Origin: Lophium mytilinum
Taxonomy: Eukaryota
Assembly (NCBI GenBank): GCA_010093605.1
Contig: MU004181.1
Span: 2,232,001-2,296,000, forward strand
Length of the DNA stretch: 64,000 nucleotides
Direction: 5' to 3'
Shown here piece after piece: positions 1-10,598 of the stretch. The notes beneath the pieces are model-generated. The model searched no databases. It had not been told where the DNA came from and saw only the letters and a program-made list of their open reading frames with translations. How positions within the stretch are numbered: position 1 is the first letter of the stretch; each line of letters opens with the position of its first letter. The translations under genes were made by a program, and so were the position numbers.

Positions 1-1114
1 AACGTAGCTCACCAAGTCGTCGGTGCCCCCATACCTCGAGACAGACAGGAGTCTGGTTATCGGAATAATGGAAAGGAGCACCAAGGTGCCCTCTACGGAG
101 CGCACCGAGAGGCCTCGTCGCATTTCCAAAATGTTTTTTTAAATAGTCGTTGATCTCTTTCCAGGGAACGCCAGACTTGAGCATTGCTTGTGGGATTGAG
201 CCCATTTTCAGCGGCGATCTGAAGCCCCACTGCTGAGGCCGGCCACGGCCTTGTTTAGGGCCAATCCCGTTCCTTCCAAGACTGAACTTGATTTCATCCA
301 ATCGATTTTCTTGGGATCGTCCAACCCAACACTCGGATTTGAGTGCAAACCGTTCATTGCGTCTGAAGGTTTGCAGGAACTTTGTGATGATTTGGTCGAG
401 TGTTGGAGCCATTTCTCCCTCAAACTCACCGTCTATTCCAACGAATCGTAGAGTTACCTTATCCAGGGGCAGACTAACTGCAGTCTTTGTACCCCTCAAC
501 GATGCAGCATTGCTCCAGCCTGGCGGGGGAAGGCTTTCCTCAAGAGAATCGCCCACTGGTAACAATGGCAGGAGCCGATCCCCTGGAGGACCGTGGTCGA
601 TCCATGCCTCCAACTCGCGAAGTAATTCTTGGTTGTACTGATCGCCTTTGCGGTTGTGGAAGATTTGGAAGACGCAGAACTTGCAATAGTTCCTGCGGTC
701 GAGGCGTCTACGATCTGGCCACATGCAATCGACAGTGATATCCAGCTGCTTGATGTATTGAGGGTCTCCGTTGAGACGCATCTTCAGGCTGTGGAGAGCC
801 CTATCGCCCTCTCTCATTTTTACCAGGTCGTCGAGATGTACAAAGGCACTGAATCGGCTAGTGCGGTAATGCGTTGGCAAAACCTCTTTCGATACTCGCT
901 TGGAGGTAAGCATCAGTCCTCGAAGGGTATCTCGCTGAGTCTGGAGCTCAGCCGATAGGCGGTGGGTGCAATGTGAGAAGTTCTCCTCAGAATTGCCGTC
1001 TGCTAGCGCCCACTCGTAAATTCTCTCTCTGCACTCCTGGGGTATGCCGAGGAATGTCGGCGTTGGCATAAGGAAAAGCTCCTTCAGGTTGGCAATATCC
1101 ATATTTTCCTTCAT
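1..1114 (-). CDS. F-box-like-motif hypothetical protein, 3' end truncated by window edge
   Basis: Manual translation: frame open from ATG 1114 (MKENMDIANLKELFLMPTPTFLGIPQECRERIYEWAL...LMLTSKRVSKEVLPTHY...) to base 1 with no stop, which explains its absence from the ORF track. FLxLPxExRxxIY-type motif. Probable upstream intron about 1211-1159 (GTGAGT...GACTAA...CAG). Confidence 0.7.
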   Translation of the reverse strand, partial: MKENMDIANLKELFLMPTPTFLGIPQECRERIYEWALADGNSEENFSHCTHRLSAELQTQRDTLRGLMLTSKRVSKEVLPTHYRTSRFSAFVHLDDLVKMREGDRALHSLKMRLNGDPQYIKQLDITVDCMWPDRRRLDRRNYCKFCVFQIFHNRKGDQYNQELLRELEAWIDHGPPGDRLLPLLPVGDSLEESLPPPGWSNAASLRGTKTAVSLPLDKVTLRFVGIDGEFEGEMAPTLDQIITKFLQTFRRNERFALKSECWVGRSQENRLDEIKFSLGRNGIGPKQGRGRPQQWGFRSPLKMGSIPQAMLKSGVPWKEINDYLKKHFGNATRPLGALRRGHLGAPFHYSDNQTPVCLEVWGHRRLGELR

Positions 1115-1728
1115 TCTTCCTAGATTTCCTTCCTCGAGGATGCTGGGACTGCTTTTGGTCCTGCGTTCGTTTAGTCGTCGGAAAATAATACCAAGAAGGG
1201 CCTATTACTCACTGTTGCGACGCTCAACTGTTGAACTGAGGCGTTCCTTTCCGCAGAAAAGTCTCTCAGGTTCCGCTTCTGGTATACTGTTTTGAAGTTC
1301 GACGCGAAGTTTAGAGCTGTTCCGGCTTTTTGAAGAAGTGCTGGCAGAGTATCGAGGGTTTTGTAATGATGGAGAGAGGATGAAGCGAGACTTTATGTGG
1401 TCTTGGGTTTACGCTCTGATTACGCTCTGATGGCGCTCTAATCATCCTCCTTATGGTACCGTTCAGGTACTCTGGGTCTCAATGACCGTACCATCGTCGG
1501 TATGTTCGACGAACCGTGGTTTATCACCCACACAATCCATTTTCGGTTTAGCGCGGTTGAGAACGACCACGTTATTCCGCAGACCTGCTCACTCACAACA
1601 CACAGGCGCAGCACCAATATCAACTTCTTCTGCTTTGTGAAGAGGGCTGAGAGTTACGGGTTTTCTAATGCTTGAATGCCCATTCGTACCGACTGCATTC
1701 CATCATGCTTCATTCACATGTCAGGCTT

Positions 1729-3847
1729 TCACCCTACCAAAGCCGCCTTACCACCTCCATACTTTCCTTCGGGACCATCAAGATGCGCGTCCAGGACCGC
1801 GCTCTGACCACCCAGCACTACTTTCACGGCCTCCGTGAGCAGCCTATCCAGGTCCTTCGCCGTGCTTGCATGCGCTGCCCATACTTTTCCCCCCGATGCC
1901 GCCTTCGCGATGCCAGAGTAATCCGGAGTGGGTACAAACGAGATGTTCAGTTCCTCGTTGCTGACTTTCGATCCCGCGCCGTCTGGGTGAACTAGGAGAA
2001 GTGATTTCCGGGGAGCGTTCCAACCTTTGTTGTTCAGTACGATGGTAAGGATTGGAATGTTGTAGCGCTCGGCGATCCAGTACACGCTTCCGGGAACAGA
2101 GAAGAGGTAGGTGCCGTCGCCCACGATCTGGCAGACAAACTGCTTTTTGCCTTCGGTGTCGGTGGCTAGTTTGACGCCGAGAGCCTTTTCCAGACGTTAG
2201 GAGACCAAACGGTAGTTGCGAATCGAGAAGTACTTACAGCACCGCCGCTCCATCCCAGACCTCCACCACCGCAGTTCAACCATGAGCCAGGCAGAGTCGC
2301 TTGGAGCTGGTCTGCTACAAAGCCTGTTTGTGTCACTGCTTCGATGACCCAGATGGTATCGTTCGGACAGACGTTCTTCAACTGCTGCGCAAGATACGGG
2401 GTTGCAAAGTTTCCGGCATTGTCTACCTTGGCTTCGCTCGCTATCGTCTCGAGTTTCTGCTTGTGCGACTCTTGCAGCTTGACCCATCTATCCGAGTACA
2501 AACTGCTGGTCAACTTTTGTTTCAGATCAGATGTCTTGAGATACGCATTCAGTTGGTTGAGAGAGGTGAAGCTGTCTGCGCGGTATCGGTATTGGGCTTT
2601 GAGGTAGAAGACAGGCATCTGTTGTTTCATGGGATCAACGTCGACGTGGAACACTTTGGCGTTTTCCTTTGGATGGCATTGTGTGTTAATCCACGGGACG
2701 TCGCAGTCGATGACCAGGATCACGTCTGCGGTTTTGATTGCTGGCTCAACGCCGTAGCGGAGCCCGAGCCAAGCTGGGTGATTCGCTGTACGAAGTCAGC
2801 GTTCTGAACTAGTTTCATCCTCGAAGGATTGAGCTACCTGGGAAGCACATGTCACTTCCACCAGTGTCAAGTACCCGGAGGCCCTTGATGTTGTCTGCCA
2901 ATTCGACCAGTTCAGCAACAGCATTGTGATTTCTCCCGCTATATCCAGTAATCACAAGCGGCTCCTGAGCATTTGCGAGCGCCTCGGAAATGGTCTTGAC
3001 CGCGGTTGATGACAGTGCAGCGGGCTCGACGGGATTCCAGAATGTTTGGTCCAGCTTGTATGGTTCCAGATCCTCCTGAGAGAAGCAATTAGCATAAATG
3101 AGTTTGTTAAAGGTAAAAAAGGTCCCAAACCTCCATGGGCTCTCGAGCGCCGCATAGGTAGACTGGGCCCTTGGGATCGCTCATGGCGAATGACAGTGCC
3201 CGATTTACGATTTGCTACCATACGTCAGCATAGAAACCTCATCTTTGTTCCAACCTTCATTGAAACATACCTTGACGTTCTTCCCAGTCTTGATCTCTCC
3301 AGTGTATCTGCAATACTGGGCCACAATTTGCTTCTGATCCGGCACATCCTGTATCCAGTGTATGTACTCGGTTCTGCTACCTCGCATTTCTCCTTCCATT
3401 GTGTAAGGGGAAAGGCCGGCGAAGATGAGGACGGGTGCGCGTCCGCACGACGCATTGTGCACTGCTGCTCCGAGACCTTGTGTGCCGACATCGACGTGCA
3501 CTATAACGCATTGAGGCTTGTTCGTAAGGCGAGCGTAGCCATCAGCCATGGAGAGGGCAACCATCTAATGTAACCCAGGGCATCGTTAGCAAACTCGGTC
3601 GAAGGCTTGGAAGTCTGCTTGCTCACTTCATTCGGACAGGTAATGATCTTGGGGAATTGGCCTTTCTTCTCATTTTGACCCTTGACGATAGCCTCAATAA
3701 TGCTAGGATGGTCAGATCCCAGATTCACGAAGCAATGTGTGACTCCGGCCTCCCAGATGGCCTCGAAGAAAGCGAACGAAGCTGTGTAGACCCTGTGCAG
3801 GGTTAGCTATGCTGTGGAGCTAAGGGCAGAGCTTTAAGAGGTTACAT
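1729..3847 (-). CDS. Thiamine-pyrophosphate-dependent enzyme (acetolactate synthase-like superfamily), 7 exons
   Basis: Spliced N-terminus MVYTASFAFFEAIWEAGVTHCFVNLGSDH; catalytic Glu region PNEMVALSMADGYAR; TPP-binding motif GDGTY...LNNKGW; six GT-AG introns join the ORF fragments in frame. Confidence 0.9.
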
Positions 3848-4948
3848 GATGGACAGCTTCCAAAAGGCTCAACAATCTTGAGATTTCTGGGATTGAATGT
3901 TCAAAAGAGGTTAATTTCAAGAGGTTCAGGGAGGAGAAGAGGAATTGGTAGCATTATCAACACCCGCGGACGGGACGTGTTTGTGCATAGCTAGCTCCTC
4001 CGCCCCGCGTTCGTCCCCCACCACGATCGCCGCTTTGACGGCAGCCACAATCGGGCCCATTCCGCTCCCAGAAGCCGCCGAAATCGGGGCCTTAATTCCC
4101 CCTGACCAAGTCATCCCTAAACACCATATAAGCCCTATCTTTCCTCTCCATTACACTTTCACATTTGCTATCAACAGATGCCATAATTGATGTAATTAAT
4201 TGGACCTTCCTCTTCCGGAATGCATCAGGAATCAGGTCACGAGGTCGTGTCCCGTCTTTGTGACTAAAGAACGGCTGGAGCAGCGGGCATCGTCGGCTTA
4301 CGAGCAATCCTGTAAAGCCTCACAGCGAAGAGTCTCCGTCCTATTGGCCATTGCTACAGGATTAGGCGCCTTTGACGAGGCATCCAGATCAGCAAGCAAT
4401 GCAGATGCTGCAGGCCGAAAACCGAGTTACTGCATAAGTCGGAACCGTTCCGTTCTCAACGAATGTTTCCTAGTTGTGCTCATTTAAGAGGTGAAAGATG
4501 GGAAGAGGCGCATTTGATACTACAGGATGAATTGAAAGGCTATGACTACGTCATTGAGAATTGACTAAAACGAAAGGAGCCCTCTTGGACTCAAAAAGGA
4601 CCTCTCCTGTCACACTCGCTGTCGACTCGCACCACCTGGCACCCAAGCGTCCGCATAAGAAAGCCAATCTTGGGAGAGAATAGGTGCGGGAAGTCAAACA
4701 ATAGACCTAATCTCAGACTCGGCTCTATTCTCCTGTGGATACGAACATTGCAAGCGTGTTGTTCCAGCAATCTGATCCAAGGACATCACCAAAGATCGTA
4801 CCGAAGGGCAGACGGTGGCCAACTTGACCGCTTCAGTCGTTCCTGCTCTTGGATTTAGCGATTTTGTTCGATTTCGTCAATGCCTCATCTCCCCATCTCA
4901 CATACTAGTTAAACACATCTATGCAACCTGCTTGGGGCCCTTGTTTCC

Positions 4949-5386
4949 TCACCATCGTCTATGGTAGCATGCCTCCGGCGGGCGCAGATGACGACACTCA
5001 GCGTATAGGCATGGACATATCCTCTCTTGCACTGGAGGTGCGGGTGGTGGTGGCTCTGCCGCAGGTTTCCGGATTCGATACCACCAGACGAACAACAGAA
5101 GCATCCCGAGTATGAAAACGGCCATGGGGATAAATATTACAAGGAATGCCGTCATGTCGAATTTATTACTCGTTGCCGGACTTGAAGGTGGATCCGCAGG
5201 GTAACGCGTGCTAGGATCGTCGGGATAGTATCGTGTGCTGGAATCATCAGGACGATACCGTGGGCTAGGCTCATCGGTATATCTGCTAGCATGGGTGCTG
5301 TGCTGGGTAACGATGTTGGTAGGCCCGCAATATCTCATCCTTTGCCTGCTAGTGAGCCAAGGTGGGCACTTATCGGAGGAAACCAT
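4949..5386 (-). CDS. Small single-pass membrane protein with N-terminal Y-P-D-D-P-S-T-R-like repeats and a Pro/Cys-rich tail
   Basis: ORF from ATG 5386 with a strongly hydrophobic helix (AFLVIFIPMAVFILGMLLLFVWWY) followed by RIRK, consistent with the positive-inside rule. Confidence 0.5.
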   Translation of the reverse strand: MVSSDKCPPWLTSRQRMRYCGPTNIVTQHSTHASRYTDEPSPRYRPDDSSTRYYPDDPSTRYPADPPSSPATSNKFDMTAFLVIFIPMAVFILGMLLLFVWWYRIRKPAAEPPPPAPPVQERICPCLYAECRHLRPPEACYHRRW

Positions 5387-5900
5387 TAGAGCGAACGTGT
5401 ACAAAATGTGGATCCGCCAGATGAGTTGGAAGAGCGACGGTAATCTTGAAAGGGTTCGACGGGAATTGCTTCCGAGTCAGTAATCTCTCTTTGCGCAGGG
5501 TTTTACAGCAGACTCACTCACAAACTGCGATTGGTGGATGCCGATGGATAGCGAGAGCTTCGGCGATTGACGGATGATGATGTTTAGCGATTGCTTGACG
5601 CTTGATGGATGCTGGGGAGGTGAGTTTCAAGACTGAGTTGGGCAAGAAGAGTGGCTTCGACGAGTAGTCGTGCCTTCTTCGCAAAGTCGACGCTTCGATA
5701 TCTGGATCGGAGGGACTGGTTGCAGGGAACGAACGAAAGTTTCTGAATTTCTCCTACTCCTATGGAGATCAATTAAATCGACATGACAGTGAGCCAAGAA
5801 GAGGCATGAATAGACTACCACAGTCGGCACCCGATCGCACAAATAGATAAGTCTCTGGGATTGCCATACCAAAAGGCCAGAAAGGAATAAACTCGGTTCT

Positions 5901-7018
5901 TCAAGGAAGCAGTCCACACTCGTCAGCTAGACGCTTCACTTGCTCCATCACAGCAGTAGAAACGTCCTTCCAGCTAGACTCGAATCCTTCCTCCATCCTT
6001 TCCAACGTAGTCACATCCAGTCGATTTCCCGCCCACTCGCCATGCATACCATTTGTGATGCCGTAGGTACCAGATGGATCATCAGTCCAGCAAATTTTCG
6101 ACACGATGGCGCATCCGAAGCCAACAGGTTCAACGAAAGGTCCAAAGGATGGAGTGAAAGGAGAGCGAGGCGCATTTTGGCACAGTTTGTTGAAGCCGTC
6201 TTGTCTCACATACTCTTTCGCGTCGAGGTTCCGAAGGATCCATATCACACCTTCCGTCGGCCATAGGTCGCTTTCTTTGCCTATCATGCAGGCCCACAGC
6301 GTGTCTTGATCTCCTCCAGATCTGAGTATCCTTTGCATAATGAATTCTATCGGTGTGATATAGTCGGAGTAGTCTCCTACGCAATCATAGAGTGTGGAAT
6401 TGTGATGAACAAGCTCCGCTTCCTCCTCAGTGGTGAGAATGCCATCGGGGCGACTCTCTGCATAATCTCCAAGGCAGATAAGTCGACCACCAGCCCAAGG
6501 CGAGAGGTTCTTCTCGAGGATGGCCTTCACATTATCTTTGTACGTGAGGAAGAGATGTTTGCAGGCCATAGCTAGGCAGACCACGTCCATTGGGTCCAGG
6601 AATTCCACGATGTTGTCTAGGACCTCTCGGGCTAGGGACACTAAGCACGACTGCTCTACTCTTTTAGAGTGTCAGCCAATGCAATGATTTGCTTCGCCAC
6701 AGGCCTTCACAGTCCTGTCTGCTACTACGTCGCAGACAGTGGTACATTAAAGCACTACGATCGGTGATAGAAGAATGTACCAAACAACACGACAACGCGC
6801 CGTAACTCTAAAGTGAGAAACACCCACGTAGTGGCAGCACACTTGAGATCTTGTTGGATGTTTTCCGCTCCGGCCTCGAAGAATGGTAGGTACGGAATAC
6901 TCATCAATCTCGGAAGGACGGACACGTCGCTGTGGACAATCGCACGAAGCTTAAGGATACCATTTCGACCGGTTCGCTCGCCCTTGTCTATATTCGCTAG
7001 TACCCAATGTTGACCCAT
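5901..7018 (-). CDS. F-box-like fungal hypothetical protein (MGQxW...NIDK family)
   Basis: Exon 1 MGQHWVLANIDKGE; intron 6827-6661 (GTGGGT...GCTGAC...AAG) restores the frame into LVSLAREVLDNIVEFLDPMDVVCLAMACK (F-box-like); recurring WAGxRL and LRNLDAKEYV motifs. Confidence 0.7.
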
Positions 7019-7804
7019 TATGGTGATGAGAGGGAACCTCGATCTGGCAGAGTTACGCACGAGTACGGGTAAATGGTTGACAGGATGCTAATAGAGCTTC
7101 CTTTGGAAAGGGAATAGAGGAAGGAATCCTTGGGGTTATAGCGCCCTCATATAACACCTAAGAAGGTTCGCGAGTGGAACGGGAGGCTAGGCAGCAACGC
7201 AATGCGGTGTCACAGAGTGAAACTCGCCTTCTCGGCTGTAGACGGACCCCAAGTGCATCTATTGGCGCAGCTGCCCGTTTGCGACCTTGCCATCCCCATT
7301 CACTATTGATACCTGGCTGCGGACACAGCGAGGACTGATGCATGTGCATATCGGGGTTCACAGGATGGTCCGCTAGGGATATTTTTCTACCCCTCGGAGA
7401 TGCATATTATGGATCCGTCAAACATAATTCCCCCTCTGGATGCGCATAAAATCCAAAAACCTAAAGCGACTAGAATATATGGACATAAATACCGAAGCTT
7501 GGGGTCATTAGTAGCTCGTCTCTTAGTAACTTCTGCATGCCTTTGGCATGTTTCCCGGCTCTCATTGCTTCCCATGATCTAATCCATTTTTTAAGCTGAA
7601 TTGTAGTCAAGGCGTGGCCGTCACTGGAGTGATGTCGACGAGGAGATACGCTAATCTAGATATAGACTAGACTAAGACGGCTATCCTACATTTTCCACTG
7701 TCAACTCATCCACCTGCACAGTCTCTCATCTACAGGTTATTAGCATCGCCATTATAACCATCCTCTATCTGTCGCCTTCGCCCCGTTAGACTACTGCCGG
7801 CAGA

Positions 7805-8482
7805 ATGGAAGCTATCCCAGTAATCGGACCCCCAGCGTTGCAGATCCAATCATCTTTTCTACGACTCCCCGCGGAGCTTCGAATTGACATCCTCCAATAC
7901 GCCCTCCAGTCTCACGAAGCCTGCTTCACTGAACACAAGAATGGGATGCCGATAATGATGCTGCGTCGGGGACTCTATTTTGATATGGATTATACTGGTC
8001 TACTTGACCGGTTTGGTCTTCGACCTTGGGACAAACTGGACTGCAGAATCTCAGACCTACTCTGCATTTCCCGTCAAATATTCCTAGAAATGGAAGAAAT
8101 CATCTACCGAAACACCATGTTCTCTTACGCGACCCTATCTATATGGAAGCATACTGAGCTCCTTAAATGGGCGAATTCGCTGCCTCCTAGAAATCTCCGT
8201 CGTGTTAGATATGTTAGGCGGCAGTACATCATCCGTAACATGCCGCCTCATTCTACAGCCCAAAAGAGACTACTGGCCAAGTGCGAGAAAGAGATTAAAG
8301 AGCTTGAAGATGCTTTTGCTCAGCTTGAGCAAGTTGACCTTTATCTTGACTTTTTCGACTTTGGGGTTGAAGGCCGGTGGCCTAGTCAAACTCCCATTAT
8401 CGCTACCCAGTTGCGGCAAGATATTATGACCTTCAATTCACGAGCAAAGATATCGGTCTCCCTCCCAGCTTTGATGAGATAG
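7805..8482 (+). CDS. F-box-like-motif hypothetical protein
   Basis: 225-aa ORF with SSFLRLPAELRIDILQYAL and LLCISRQIFLEMEEIIY; C-terminus may be truncated. Confidence 0.65.
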   Translation: MEAIPVIGPPALQIQSSFLRLPAELRIDILQYALQSHEACFTEHKNGMPIMMLRRGLYFDMDYTGLLDRFGLRPWDKLDCRISDLLCISRQIFLEMEEIIYRNTMFSYATLSIWKHTELLKWANSLPPRNLRRVRYVRRQYIIRNMPPHSTAQKRLLAKCEKEIKELEDAFAQLEQVDLYLDFFDFGVEGRWPSQTPIIATQLRQDIMTFNSRAKISVSLPALMR

Positions 8483-9039
8483 TCCTGCGGCCATTTGATT
8501 TACACAAGAGGTTAGAGAAGAAGCTATGAAAAACAGTAGTTGCGAGCAGATAATGGTATAGATTGTTTCTGTCATACAACTCCAAGTGTCTCAGCCCTAA
8601 CAATGGAATACTGACATTCCCTAGGTCTTTCTTCGCGCCTAAATCAGATGCTCCGCGTCCGACACTACTTTCTAACACATTGAAGGAATGTCCTGATGTT
8701 GGAACGTGTCCTGCCAGCTTTATCGACTGTGTCAAAGCAGAGCATCCGGGGAGTAAGAAGGACGAAGTCACCGCTTCAAATATGACTCTCATCAAGGAGT
8801 CACCAAGGCTGGTGGAGATTTCTTTCGTGTTTCCACATATTTCCTGCGAGCTGTAGACAATACTACTCCGCTTTCCTTCAAGGAATAGCCAGTGAAAGAT
8901 CCATACATCCATGTCTGAGAAGGGAAATGAACAGAAGCGTTAGGATGGATGAAGAGTCTCGTAGAAGCATTTCAACCGTTCTCAACTAAACCCAATGCAA
9001 ACTGTATACAATCCCGTATACCAAGATTGTACACAGGCT

Positions 9040-9936
9040 TCAGTCTACAGGCCACTGCTCGTTCCGAATCCTAGTATTACAAGACATGAGAATCTCATCG
9101 CGAAGACTAGTCCCCAATGGAAGCTCCAATATACACAATGGAAAGTGAACTCTCCACTGGCGCTCAGTGCGTAGGCCAATACAGTCGGCGTTGTGACAGA
9201 GCTGGGAGCGTAGGGGGTGCTCCACTGACACTTCCGAGTCTTGAAACGCTGCCGCAATACGCATCAACCTAACCACATACTCCTCGTCGACTCTCGCAGT
9301 GAAGATCTTGCCGTTCAAGAAGGCAGTCCCATCAGTGTTCCACTTGCGAGGCTCGGTCAACGTGACAGAGTTTCGGACAGTTCTCAAGTTCGGCAATAGT
9401 TGCTGCAAGGTGTGACATGCTGTCTCGTAGCGAAGGTGCCGCATGCTGTCCCATTCGAGGATGAACCGCAGCTCGAGGTGGCGGATCTGTCTCCGGGCGC
9501 GATCGCTGATACCCTCAACCCATTTCCTCACGTGCTGAGGCTCTGGGAATTGGAAGATGAACCGATATGTCGAGTAGAGCTGGTCCGTTACTTCGTCATG
9601 GATTTGGTGGTTGAGAAGGAATAGCGAGGTGAGTTCAGGAGTTGGTGCACGTAGTTCAGTGGCATACTCCACGCAACCGCGAAGGTGGGCACGGTGGCGG
9701 GGCATGTGGAACTCCGAGAGATTGACCCTAATGACTGGCCGAGCCCGGGATCTCGAGTCTTTCGGGTTAGGTGGTCTTTGAGGCTGAACGATGAGGGCGT
9801 CGAGGATGAAGTCGTAGATCTTCAGGCGAAGTTCTATAGGTAGGCGTAGGAAGTGCGACACTGTGGGCGGAACTGCTATAGGGATAGCTTCGCTCTTAGG
9901 GCGCCATTTGGAAAATAGCGATCTGATCTTAGCCAT
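9040..9936 (-). CDS. F-box-like-motif hypothetical protein, probable paralog of 7805..8482
   Basis: ORF from ATG 9936 with HFLRLPIELRLKIYDFIL, LFLLNHQIHDEVTDQLY and IRHLEL. Confidence 0.7.
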   Translation of the reverse strand: MAKIRSLFSKWRPKSEAIPIAVPPTVSHFLRLPIELRLKIYDFILDALIVQPQRPPNPKDSRSRARPVIRVNLSEFHMPRHRAHLRGCVEYATELRAPTPELTSLFLLNHQIHDEVTDQLYSTYRFIFQFPEPQHVRKWVEGISDRARRQIRHLELRFILEWDSMRHLRYETACHTLQQLLPNLRTVRNSVTLTEPRKWNTDGTAFLNGKIFTARVDEEYVVRLMRIAAAFQDSEVSVEHPLRSQLCHNADCIGLRTERQWRVHFPLCILELPLGTSLRDEILMSCNTRIRNEQWPVD

Positions 9937-10324
9937 ACTTGGAATATATTTGATCGAGATGAATGTAGATTTGCTTTCTTTGACTCCTGAGCTGAGTGTG
10001 GTGTTAATATGTCTCACAGAGGTAGAATGCTTGCGAGGTCATTCCTAGTGGTCCGAATAAGGCAAGATAAGAATTTGCCTTGGAAAGCATGATACAAATG
10101 CTAGTTTCTTAAGTGAGTTGGGGATGAGGGAATTGTTGAGCTCGCTGAGCTGATAAATTACCCCAGCTGCCAGGCTCCAGCGCCACTATTTGACAGTGCG
10201 AGGCTCATTGGTATCAACCAACCAGAAGGGGCTCTCCAAGATACATGCTACAAGGAGGATTTGAAGAGTAACAAGTGAAAATCGGAGTAAATCTCGCCGT
10301 TTATGCTCAAGGAGGTGAAGCAAA

Positions 10325-10333
10325 TCACGTGAC
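10325..10333. promoter_or_regulatory. TCACGTGAC E-box (Cbf1/bHLH-type site) upstream of SIP3
   Basis: Palindromic TCACGTGA about 270 bp upstream of the ATG. Confidence 0.35.
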
Positions 10334-10598
10334 TAGTTTCTCTGCCACCGCTTTCGCGCTTGCCTCATTTCGCGTCGTGTTCGACGTCAGCGCCCGCAAA
10401 CGTCTGGGTTGAGTTTAAAATTACATACGTCTTCCTTCGAATCAATGTAGCTTCTTCTACCACTTACTATAGAATACTCCAATGTACAAATTATCAGACT
10501 CGCATCCCAAACGATAGGTCGTCGACGCGCTCTATCTGCACTACTCGGCAGCCGCTCCCCACGTGCCTCTACCGTGGAACCGTTAAGAAGTCTAGAGT

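Noticed and set aside
1409..1440. Tandem TTACGCTCTGA repeat (about 2.7 copies)
   Set aside because: Short local duplication with no evidence of function.
1690..1752. Possible alternative C-terminal intron in the TPP enzyme creating a cryptic peroxisomal signal
   Set aside because: Donor-like and branch-like words exist, but neither spliced product ends in a PTS1 tripeptide.
3790..4900. TPP riboswitch near the TPP-enzyme gene
   Set aside because: No CTGAGA or GATxxxGxTAAT aptamer core recognised, and the first intron (53 nt) is too short to hold one.
8433..8912. 159-aa minus-strand ORF between the F-box-like paralogs
   Set aside because: Overlaps a better-supported gene end and has no recognisable motif.
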